From contig NW_014040448.1 in the NCBI RefSeq assembly GCF_001186125.1, forward strand, positions 45,295 through 86,843: a stretch of DNA of 41,549 bases, read 5' to 3'. The DNA comes from Sphaeroforma arctica JP610. Its lineage: Eukaryota. Shown piece after piece: positions 15,325 through 26,699 of the stretch. Position 1 is the first letter of the stretch. The number at the start of each line of letters is the position of its first letter. A program made the position numbers and the translations under genes. The notes under the pieces are model-generated. The model made no database searches. It was given only the letters and a program-made list of their open reading frames with translations, and had not been told where the DNA came from.

Positions 15325-15929
15325 TAGATCATAACATAGTTCCTAGAACACCATAAACTTAACATCCTAACGAATGGATGTATAATATATTGAGTCCATC
15401 TATATAGAGAAAGTAATATAAGTGATACGCAGCATAATATTTGCCGATAGCTCCATCGGATAAGACATGAGGTTGTTCGTATTATATCCAGATTTTCAGT
15501 TCTTTCTTGCTGATTTGGATGACAAGCAGCATGATGTGATGGAGCGTTTGACAGTAAATGGAAGCAAATTTTGTTCCGATGAGGCTGGCTATTGGTGAGG
15601 TCGCATATTTTGTGTTTCGATTGTTTATTAGGTATTTTTGGGTAAAAATAGTAAAGACACTTTTTTTTTAGTTAATATAAACATATCTTACCTAGGTCTC
15701 TAAATGAGATATCGAAGGCTACTGTGGGTGTCTATTCTCACACTCGAGTCGACATACATAATATATAGAGATAGGTGCAAAACATACGAATGACCAAACT
15801 GAATCCACCTCAACGTATACATGATCCTATTGACCTGCGTAGCGACTCGTATGAGGTGAACAGAAGAAACAATGGGTAGGGTGGGTGGAATTTTGAGATG
15901 AACAGGTGGTTGAACCGAGACTTCCGTAA

Positions 15930-17480
15930 TACATGAAAGATGCGAATGGCCGCCGAGGGAAATACAGTGGGCAACCCCCGTGGATTAAGGGACTTGCAAG
16001 GTGTAATTTGATAGAAGGAAAGGACGGAAGTCACAAAATGAAACACCTTGCCAACTGGCACCTATTGCTATTTTTCATAACGTGCCGACGACCTGATGTT
16101 CATACATTGCTGCGGTGCAACATTTCCCACCAACAACTCTGAAGTATTCGAGTGCCATATGAAGCTTTCAACCCTGCATGGCGAAAAGGAGACAAATAAT
16201 TTGTGACTTAGCAAGACCACGCTCGTGAACTTCTTATGCGGCGCCCATATAGTGTACATTCTCATGCAGAGTATGGAAGATATCAAAGGAGATCTACGCA
16301 TACTGCGAGGAATAAACTATATCAGCAACTGTTTTACCAACGCCAACTTGGTCATCTACAAACTGGCGGACAACCCCAACGACCTCTTACTAGAATCATA
16401 CAAGGGACCGCTGATTCTCAAATGACTCAAGAAACAGGAAGTCATAACTCAATAGAACCTATGCGGTCACAACTTGGACAGCATAGCAGTATTCACTCGC
16501 CGAGCAGTCAAGTCTTACAGCTAGAAGGAAAAAGAAGAGGAGAACAGATAGATTAACAGGGTTGTATCTAATCGATTGACGGACGAGAGCAAGAGTAAGA
16601 TTTCAGATACACTTCCAAAAAAACTCCCCAAAGTTGAATTTCGAACCATTTCGGGATAATGTCACACAGCTATCCCAGAAACGCCCGGACAACACTCACA
16701 ACCCCAAATCGATATATACTCTGGTCATCATTACATCTACTAATCACAGCACGATGCTGTCTGCATCAACAACTCAGAACAACAACTCAGCAGCCACCAA
16801 AAAAATTCCCTTACGTCGTACTCGACTGCAAGAATCACATAAACACCGATAGTACCCAAGCCAGATAAATGAACGATACATAATAGGCACAATTCGCAAC
16901 CGATTAGAAAGCTGCGCATCATGACACGAGACACGATAAGGAATACAACTCGACGTAGACAATGGACATCGAAGTTATTCCAGAGTCACCGTTGTTGGAC
17001 AGTTTGCATGCTTCAGGTGATGATATTGAAAGCCTCTCCAAAAACAGTTTCATATCCTCAGAAAGTGAACGACAGCTCGCTCAGTTGATGACAGATGTGG
17101 AATCTAGTGGTTTGCTACCTCAGACACTTCCTCCGAAACGGTTAATAATGACAATCAGCCTCACATATACAACAACGTCTGAAATACCAAAGCTGCCAGG
17201 GTCTTTCACTGCCATTACCATTACCGAGTTGTCCTATCTGAGTATTAGGTGGCATCTCACCAAGTCGTATAGCAATAAAGAGATTCAAAGCAATAGTGTC
17301 GTAAAAAGCAGGTTGTCGGCTTTAAGCTGGGATTTCACTCGAGCACTGCGCCAACGCATTCGACATCAAGGTAACAAAATAAAAATACCACCAGCACAGA
17401 ATCCAGCGGTCCTGCAACAGATTAAACGGTCAACCTCATCGTCAACAACCCGCATAGTGCATTTAAGGACATAGTGGCCT
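15930..17480 (+). pseudogene. Unassigned degenerate coding-like region upstream of the PLE RT remnant
   Basis: Long plus-strand frames interrupted by isolated stops (e.g. 16225-16425 continuing past TGA; 16962-17474). No family motif recognised. Confidence 0.25.
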
Positions 17481-18199
17481 CGAATTATTTCGACACCGCA
17501 GCCACATGGTCTAGGATGTCATCGATATATTGTTCATAAAGGCGAATGCTGCTATCGTCGAAGAAAAAAATGAAGTCAGCGACGAAATGATTGCTAAGAA
17601 AGGAAGTGTGAGAATGAGATGAAACTGCTCAAAGCGCAACTACTTACGGTATAAGAACATATACTATGTCAGCCAGAGAGTATAAAACTGGATGCAGCTT
17701 TATGACTGAATTACCAGACACGTCAGAGTATCAACAACATGTTTCTATACTGACTGCAACTCAATCTACACACATATATATTACGCAACTACTTATCGAT
17801 CAGCACTTGCACAGATGGTACAACACGTAGAAGAATATATAGAATCTCAACAAATCACACAACGGTATAATAATAACACTATTCAAACACAATTTACACT
17901 ACAACCAAAAAATATTATTTCTACTAATCAACAGACAATATTTATGAATCCGTGAAGAGTGTAGAACAGTAGACTTTAATCAAAGTAAAAAATGTGTAAC
18001 TTTTTGCACCTCAATATTGATTCTTACCTAAGGTGGGCCAGCTTTATTTCACACAATGGCACACCAAGTTTTAGCTCTCACCTAATGGTAGATGTGTTCT
18101 GTATTCATCGTCGTGAAATAACTCGCCGTATGTCTTCCATCGTTGCATCACTCACCCAGAGCTTCTCGCGGCAGTTCGACAATCTCAACTTCCCTTCAA

Positions 18200-18858
18200 T
18201 TTTCCAGCACCTCTCCAACGAATATGAAGCCTGATGTGCATATAGACTCGTAAAATTTGACCCAAATTGAGATGAATAATATTATCCCAAAGGTGTTTGT
18301 GCTAGTATCCAACCACTTGGGTTGGCCAAGGTGAAATACTCATATGGTCAGTATGGGAATCTTTCTGCAGAACACTTTAACAATTCGATACTATTCAGTT
18401 TCGACTTCTCTACTACTTATTCTCACATTGATCATATGGTACTCTATAGCATGATGTAGGCTATGACCCACATAGGAGCGCAACTATTTTTCATATTGTT
18501 GCGGTTAAGAAACTGAATCAACTGTCGGAGATGGAAAAAGACACTCAAATAGCTCTCAGGAGTGAGTTAACTAATGATTTCATTAAACTAAAGTTTTCTT
18601 ACTGTAAAAACTTGCCTGAGATCTTAATTTCTTAAAATCCGAACATAAAAATGCTCATATTACTCAGAAGTATTCATACATGGCCGAACCAATTCGGTAC
18701 ACGACAAATGAACCAAATATTGTCGCTTATGCAGGATTGCAAGGGCAATGAAATAACAACATGAGCACTAGTATCGTGCAACAAAACATCCATCAACAAA
18801 ATATACAAGAAGTCAGTTCTTGAACTCCATGAGTATACAACGCGCGACCATTCGCGGA
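18200..18858 (+). mobile_element. Penelope-like element (PLE) reverse transcriptase remnant, motifs 2-4
   Basis: PKLR*IILSQRC (motif 2-like), SFDFSTTYSHIDH at 18397-18435 (resembles the PLE DFSTLYTxIPH motif), and FGTRQMNQILSLMQ (decayed motif 4 region). Many stops. Cut off at 18859 by the neighbouring element. Confidence 0.55.
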
Positions 18859-19423
18859 ATTTTTGAAATAAATAATATTATCCCTACCTCGGAGGTTGAC
18901 TGGGAATACAACTCGACTCAATGGCCAGCACAAATCCACTTACCCCTCTGACGCAACCCGCCTGGGCCCACGATAAACCATCACTGCGCTTCCCGTACCG
19001 TATCTATGCTCACCTGAAAACTGTACACAAAACCACGGGCGGGCGTACACCCGACTATGTAGCCCTCCGCCAACGCTGTGACGACATCAGGAAGAACTCA
19101 ACAAAACGTTGGTCCAACAAGGAGATCGCGGCAATGGCCCGGCGCCAATACCACTACCAACTGGTTATGGGTAAACCGTCAACCTCAAACCGAGACACAG
19201 CCAGACACGACAGCTTCAATCGCTGCTTCGAGTCTACACCAATCCGGCTCTGTGCTATGATTGTAACGAATACGTACATGTTCACATTGCTCGACTACCG
19301 CACCAACGGCTGTCTCTGCCCTGCCTGCCCCGGTAGCCACAAGTTCACTACCAGCCACTTTACCTGCATCCAACAACTGATTCGACGCATCCTGGTAGGG
19401 ATAATATTATTTATTTCAAAAAT
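18859..19423. repeat. Perfect 30-bp inverted repeat pair (18859-18888 and 19394-19423)
   Basis: ATTTTTGAAATAAATAATATTATCCCTACC and its exact reverse complement, 505 bp apart. Confidence 0.95.
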
Positions 19424-19937
19424 GGCAAGTATGTATGAAACAATGTATGAACATATGGTATGGCTCTCATAGTCGCTGTAGTGGTTCAGGAAAGATTGAT
19501 GGGAAGAAGTGGTCAGTAAATTCCCGTTTGAAGCTTGGGCCAAGTGAGTCGACAATGGAAGATATGTGCTGAGTCAATTCGGGCCGGTGTTGACAAAACA
19601 CTGTTACTATCGAATGTTCCATGATAGCACAAACAATGGTGCACAATACCGTATACTCTGTCGTATGCGATGTGGCTATAGGCACTGCATCTCTCTGCGT
19701 TACATTAGACACGCACCAGTGCAAGTAGAGTACCCGCCTCTGTGGTACGGATCGGGTCTGCGCCGTGTAGTGCCGCGGAATGGGTTAGTGCAGAGTACGA
19801 AATACCGAGAAGGACCAGGTTATCTGTCATAATCTGGTCGAGAAGTGAGGATGGGGGTAAGCCAATGTCGCACCAGACCACGGATGAATTCGGTATGTGT
19901 TGGCTGGCCTGGATCGGAAGTATCATAGTCGGAACCA

Positions 19938-20289
19938 ACAAGCGCGATAATTTGGTTTGAACCGATATTTGGAAGTAGTACTTCAACAGCGTGATTAGCC
20001 GGGGTATAGGAAACATCTGTTGATGTGTCAGGGACGGGTGAGGGTACGATGGTTCTTCAACATGCTGGAGAAAACATCCAAGGTGTTCGTGGAGGGTCCA
20101 GATACCGTGGAAGTCGTGACACTCCTGTAATTGCTGAAGGAGGTCAGAGCCAATGGGCGGCAGTTTCGGGCCTATCACCGTACCCTCACCCGTCCCTGAC
20201 ACATCAACAGATGTTCCCTATACCCCGGCTAATCACGCTGTTGAAGTACTACTTCCAAATATCGGTTCAAACCAAATCATCGCGCTTGT
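19938..20289. repeat. 111-bp inverted repeat pair (19938-20048 and 20179-20289), 130-bp spacer
   Basis: Arms are reverse complements with 2 mismatches by eye. The ORF track shows the same peptide (PHPSLTHQQMFPIPRLITLLKYYFQISVQTK) on both strands. Confidence 0.95.
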
Positions 20290-23200
20290 ATTCACTTGCT
20301 CCCCGTTATTAAACAATTCCGACCATCTTTGACAGAATTACCCTAGAAGCCTCTTGCCATACATGAAGCCCTCATCTATCTGTAGAAGAATAGTGTTTTG
20401 TAGAAGCGTTTGCTGTTGTGCGAATTCAGATTCGTTTCCAGACTTACTCAGGGAAACATCCTCCGTAGCCAGGCGCTTAAATTTACCTAGGCGGTCGAGT
20501 GTTGAACCACCTACGTTACCAGCTGCAGCACCAGTTGGAGCGGTGATGATTGAAGACATTGCATTAGCCGTCCAAAGCATTGTTATACCATGAAGAATCT
20601 TCATGACGTAGTTCTTCCCTGTTCCTGTGATGCCAGTAACGCACCAGCGTAATTCTGATGGCTGCTCTTCCAATAGATGCTCAAGGTATGCAGTGATCAC
20701 AGCACACTGTTCTTCGTTTCGAATAAAAGGCAATGGATCAATATAATGATTATCGTTGCTTCTAGGTATATAAAAATGTTACTTTTGGTCGTAAAATCTC
20801 TTGCGAACATCATGCAATACTTCTCTAAGTCTTCCTTGGTCTTGCCACCATTCCAATCCCGATTTGTGTTCGGTAGTGCACCTGTCTCCATCTCTGTGTA
20901 ATTAGTTACTAAATTTTCACTATTTTCGTTCATTACCATTATTAATTAAAACATCCAGTGAAGTTTCAATGTGATTGCCACTTGCATGTGATCTATCGTT
21001 TCCGTTACGTGTTTTTTTGTCTCTACCATACGTTGCCTGCTGTGTTGCGCGTACTACTGCATCCCGTACATGTTTAGGCGTATCGTCTCGATCAAGGAAA
21101 TCCCAAAAAAAAAAAATCCTATCAACTCATCTTCCGGCAAGCTCATAAACGATGCATCTTCGGCAGTTGTGAGGGGTTTGTCGTGTAAAAGTAGCACTGT
21201 TCTGCAATAGCTAGCTCTAAGAGGGCATGTCGCATACATGTCTCCATTATGGTATTCAGGAATCCCATTTTTGGATTCGATACTCCTCAAAACATATTCA
21301 TGAAAAGAATATTTCAATAAGTCCTCTAGTGTATCTTCACTATTAATGTCGTCTGTGTCTGAATTGTCGTCCTCCCAGCGCTTCTTGATGGCTTGTTTTG
21401 ACTTGATGAATTTGTCGAACATGTTATCGTGCAATCCTACATCGGTACTATCTTCTCCTCGTATTGCCATGTTAACCTGGTCTTGGTTTGACGCTGCATA
21501 GCATCGAAAAAAATAAAGAGACACTCTTTTGAACTTGCGTGAGCATGTGTACATTTTCTCATCACTTATAACCATACTACATTCGCCTGCCGAAATTTCT
21601 CTGCCTTTCATAATCTTACTATTCAAACGCTGAGCCATAGATTGTATGCTTGTGCCTGGTGGATTACTGTCAATTAGTGCCCGAAAAAAATCCTTAGCCT
21701 CATGTGCGCTAATATCTCCTTTACAGGCATAACCTACAACATAATCACTTATAGCTTGAAGATACGCATCTCTATTATCATACATACGTGTACGCTGGAA
21801 GTGTCATCGTGCATGAAACACATTTCTGGCAAGCCTCTCCGTGCGCTGTTCGGGAGTTTCACTGGCTTGCGCTGCTTCCCATTTTGCCTCAGGTATTTTT
21901 TTCCAGTACCTGACCACCATATTTTTCTTTCTCGCGGTCTATCATTACACACCACTGTCTTATAGGCATACCCAAATCAGTTGCAACATTATTCCGCATG
22001 CCCAATATTAACTGAGTATCATAATTACCTGCCCATGCATAAGTCAATTCTCTTGCACCTTGGACTGCGCGAGGGTGATCACGTTCGCATTCGAGCACAG
22101 TTACGCCACGTCGTGTATCTAGGTACGGGTATTTTGATACTTTCTTCCCGTCGCTTCTCGCAGCGACATGTTTGTTCTGCACACCAGAATTCATTCTACA
22201 CTCCAATCTGTCCTCAAGTATACCGTCCTCATTTTTGATCGTGCCTGTCTTTCGCAAATAATATGAACTACATGTGTGCAGCGACGTGCGATTGATAACA
22301 TTAATTCGATGTCTTTGCTTCTCAATGTCCGCAGACATCAAAACCTCTTCTCCATAAACACTCAGCACTTAGTTTTTCTGCAATTCCTTCATGCCCTGGC
22401 CACTCGTTTACATTTCTCACTTCCGTCTCATGTACGTCTTCATTGCCACGTACGATTTTACGAGCTAGCTTTTGTAATCTCTCTCTCTCTCTGTCGTTTT
22501 CTTCGTCAACACATAATTCCGTACAGGCAACCTTAACAAGATTCTTATAGAACTCGGTGAGGCATTCAGCATCTGGATGGGAACGTTTACGTCCTGATGG
22601 ATGAAGAGCGCTGATCTCAGTTAGTACATGGGGAAGAGTGCCATTAATCTCCTTCGCTGCTCTCGCCTCCAACTGTTTTAGTCTACATTAGATCATTTCT
22701 ATATAATCCTGTGTTTGTTTGTCAGTTTCATCATCGTCATGCGTCATCTTACATATGCGAAGTGTTTCGTCTAATAAAGTATGTAGAACTGAACAAGAAC
22801 TTATTTTCATAAGCAATACGAGAAGGTGGATTGCCCCTCTACTTTTAGCAAACTCGTATCGTGCCCACCAGTCGTTTATGCCTAGACCCTCGTTTAGTAC
22901 TATCTTGAACTAGGTTTTGCATCGAAGTACAAAGTATCTATTCAATACTTGAGGGTAATCCTGAAGAATTCGATGAACTCGCCGAGCTCCTGCTATTTCC
23001 AGTTCTGGGTCAATTTATCAGCTTCTTTATCACGACCCCACTTACGTAGCAATGCAGCCAGACACGTATGTAGATTACGCCAATGATATTCAGCCATGGT
23101 AGCGGACGTGAATACAAGTAGCGTTTCTTCTTTTGTTTTAAATAAGTGCTTGACCATTGCTTCTACTTCCTGCCTCCGAGCCCACCAATATTGTGCAATT

Positions 23201-25332
23201 CCTTTAACGCCTATACCATGTCCCGTGAACTTAAAAAGGCCAGTGAGCCGATAGTGTGACCTTGAAACCCACCGTTATTCGGTCCTCCTGTTGTCCGTTC
23301 ATTGCTTACTGTATTTCCATAGTCTGGTGTGTCGGTACCACGCTCCTTGTGCAATATAGTACGCAAATCACTAAGAGTAGCCGGTGTGTCCGCTCCAAGT
23401 TGTTTGACACAATGTACTGAACTTCCCATACGAGAACTAAAAAGTCGAGTGCCTTTCATATCGACCATCAGGTGCATTGATAAAATATGCACTCCATTCA
23501 AAACGTTTGGGCGCGTTTCTCGTGGTGCACGTCTTTCTAGACCGCCAGGGATGTCGTTGTATGCTATTTCCTCAGGTGATGTGTACTTCTCTGGCATGAA
23601 AATACAAGGCCAAGCCTTGCCTTCGAAATATGCTATCTTTTTTATATCCAAGTATTCTGTTGCAAATCGCTAATGCACAGTATGAGCATTATCTGGTTCA
23701 GGCAAACCCAGTTGCTCATTTAAACTTGTGTTGTACCGCTGTGCGAATCCAGAGGCTACTCCGGCATTCCTAGTCTCTATCCCTGACATTTCTATTTCCC
23801 TAATATTACCTTCGTCAGTCTAGCCCATTATCATTTTCCTCATCTCACAATTGCCCTGGAGCAGGTCCATCATCCGAAATAATATTCTCTAGTCCGTCCT
23901 CATCGACAGTTCTTACATTGAGTTGACCATCATCAGGCAATAGCAAAAGATTTTCGTGTGAGATTATCACGTCCTCGAATGCTGGACTATTCTCTATTAG
24001 CCATCTCAAAGTTCTTAATACATACAATTTCCGACATCTGAGATATCTGTATTTTACTGTATTTTCACCAGTTTGTCGTTTAAGTGCGATGAACTCAACT
24101 TCTTCAGCACGTCTAGGTAAATTAGTTGCTATTTGCTGGATTGTATCACTTCGATCAATATATGACGTATGGCCTTTAGCCCCAGTCAAGAGTTCTAGCG
24201 GCCATTGCAGGCTGGATTGGACTTATGAGTGCTTCCTCCGCATACGTCAAAGCTTTGATGCAGTGTGGAATTGGAACGCCATGTGAGAAGTTGTTGCTTA
24301 TGCTAAAAAGAGGTTGTAAGCTATTTCCAAACTTATCGACTTTTCTTATGCTAGCAAAGCATTTCTTGCATAAATTTTTTATTAGAGTAAAAACACTAAC
24401 AAGATTTCCGCCGCCATCAACAACCGGATTACCGTCTATATTTCGCTGCTGCCCAGATGCCGCTTTAGCCTTAAATAAGTAAACGTACCTACCCGTACGA
24501 GAATCAGAGTATACAAACTTCTTCTTCGTCCCAAAAGACACATGAAAATTTTCGTCATGTTTGTCCATGAACACACCAGTTATAGGTTTATATGTTGAAC
24601 AGCATTCACAGGTACCGATACTGAATGTCTCAGATGCAATTTCGAATCTACGAATTGCATAATCACGTATAATTTGAGCATCTTCTATTGAACTCGCCAA
24701 TTCCTCCGGTTCCAGTTTCAAAGGTGAATCCATTGCAGGCAATGAATTTCTGTTTTTAAGCTGTTTGGGTGTTCTGTTGATAACACTATATCTGTACTGC
24801 CAGCTATTCCATATAATCGCAAAATAAACATGAGAGCAGTAGCGTCAGTAAAACCACCGTCAGTGCTCATTATCGTATCTAAGGAGGCATCCTGGTGCTG
24901 TTCAGCTGAGGTGAGACTGAAATCTGGTTGCTGTATTCGCTGACTGTTTTGAAAACTACCATTTATTGCTCGTATAGTGTTCGACCTTCTTGGCATATTA
25001 GGGTTTTAGGGTTTAGCTATACTTTGTTGCGACGGACAACTAGATTGAATTAGCTGTGATGGCATTAATCTAACACTAGACGACCGTTTTTGACCACCCG
25101 ATCGCCGTCTTGCGCTTACAGTCTGTGACGTTGACGTGCTTGTCCGAGGTTGCGATGGCAAGCTGTCAATCCTAGCTACATTATTTTCTTGACCAATTGG
25201 TTCATTGTTTGTTATTTCGATATTACACGACCGTCTTCTACCACCTGATCGCCGTTTATCAGCCACGTTTGTTATATCAGACAATGTCATTTTCCACATA
25301 AATACATTAATACACGTACTGAAAGAACACAC
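20290..25332 (-). mobile_element. Helitron Rep/helicase pseudogene (DUF6570-like region, HUH Rep, PIF1 helicase); frameshifted, and truncated at the helicase end
   Basis: Collinear minus-strand fragments. DUF6570-like: PHCIKALTYAEEALISP, KGHTSY, LPR, YVLRTLRWLIENSPAFEDV, LPDDG. Rep: VKGIAQYWWARRQEVEAMV, FTSATMAEYHW, WWARYEFAKSRGAIH (~22820-22870), HTCSSY, WAGNYDTQ, YVVGYACK (21729-21743), REISAGEC. PIF1: Walker A GITGTGKN (20611-20634), APTGAAAGNVGGSTL, IDE. Multiple stops and frameshifts. Termini not identified. Confidence 0.9.
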
Positions 25333-25684
25333 TTACTCACGTTCATATACATGTATTGAAATGGAATGGTTTTTGTTGTTTGGTGTTTTGTTGTCTCGTG
25401 TTTTGTCTTTTGAATTCAACATTTCAGTCCAACATTTCCTACATGTTTTCATATTGTTATTCATCACCTCGACCAAGCTAATCTTTCATTGGTTCCGACC
25501 AAGCTTCTTTTTCATTGGTTTGTATCATCAAACATGAGAATCATAATTTTCACTCCAATATTAAAAATACGTCTGGTAAAAATTCGATACACATACGCGT
25601 CCGGTAACTCGTATACCCCCTGTGGGGGGGAAATGAAAAATAAAAAATGTCGTAAACTATAAACAACGCCAGCTCTGCGTATAT

Positions 25685-25907
25685 GGATGTAGGGAGTGTA
25701 TTTTATATACGACTCGTTAGCACAAATAGCAGCATTACGATGTCTTTAATATTATATATTCGTCCTTATTACCGAATTGGCACAGATAATCTTACCTTCT
25801 ACGGGTGTAGGGGTGTATTTTATATACGACTTATTAGCACAACTAGCAATATTACGATGTCGTTTATATTCTATATTCGTCTGTAGTACAGAATTGGCCA
25901 GATAATC
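25685..25907. repeat. Diverged tandem duplication, period 118 bp
   Basis: The two copies start at 25685 and 25803 and share GTGTATTTTATATACGACT..TTAGCACAA..ATTACGATGTC..TATATTCGTC..GAATTGGC..AGATAATC. Confidence 0.85.
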
Positions 25908-26640
25908 GCACTGGCTATTATTTGTGAACCAGACTACGGGGTGCAATACCGTCCACTCGCACTTTGTTGTCTTCTCTATATCTAGTTTCGCATCTGCTTT
26001 CTCATCTTGGTGTTTTGATGTATTGTAGGACCCATTTATGCTACAGTCTGTTCATTGACCGCTTGTTGCGGTGTAATAGCTTTTGTTACTACTTGCTTTA
26101 TAGTGATACATTATTGAGCGTGATATCTTCAATGTAGGAGGTGAATCAGCTTCGTTATCCAAGGGGCGAGATACAGAAAATACTTTCGGTTGTTTATTGC
26201 ATCGTGATCACTTGAGCTATATACGCCGCTGTCGACGAAGTGCTTAACAGTATTTCCTATGTCCAAGGGCGGCGGTGGAGCTGAAATTTGCAGGAGATAA
26301 TCATAGTTCACATACACCCGGTTTTTCATTGTATCAAGATATGTACAAACGGACGGAGCGTTATGGTGTTTCTGTGCACACATATACATATTATACACAA
26401 CAACAGTCAAAAGACAATACAAAAGTGTCAACATCACGATATATGGGACCCAATAGAAACGTTTAAAAGTGATGGTCCAACGAAATTTCTTGTGCCTATT
26501 TTGAGACGACTCATGGATAGTTTTATGCTAGCTCGCGCATTTGCCAACGGTTAATATGGAAATACTCAGCAAATACTCGATAATTTCAAATGTAACCGAC
26601 GTTACTATTTTTTCCTATGTCCAAGGGCGGCGGTGGAGCT

Positions 26641-26660
26641 NNNNNNNNNNNNNNNNNNNN
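26641..26660. other. Assembly gap (20 N), preceded by a 30-bp exact copy (26611-26640) of 26253-26282
   Basis: N run; TTTCCTATGTCCAAGGGCGGCGGTGGAGCT occurs twice. Confidence 0.95.
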
Positions 26661-26699
26661 TAATTACCTGGATTTATAGGTATATAAATACACGTTTGT

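Larger units (their letters stand above)
18859..20289. mobile_element. Rearranged non-LTR (LINE-like) retrotransposon 3' fragment with C-terminal Cys/His knuckle
   Basis: GC-richer coding-like block. The plus ORF 18921-19472 contains CPACPGSHKFTTSHFTC (C-x2-C...H...C, as at LINE ORF2 C-termini). A minus-strand coding-like region spans 19394-20178. The block contains two pairs of inverted repeats. Confidence 0.45.

Noticed and set aside
24998..25016. Telomere-like TTAGGG/TTTTAGGG repeats
   Set aside because: Only 2-3 imperfect units inside Helitron coding sequence; not an array.
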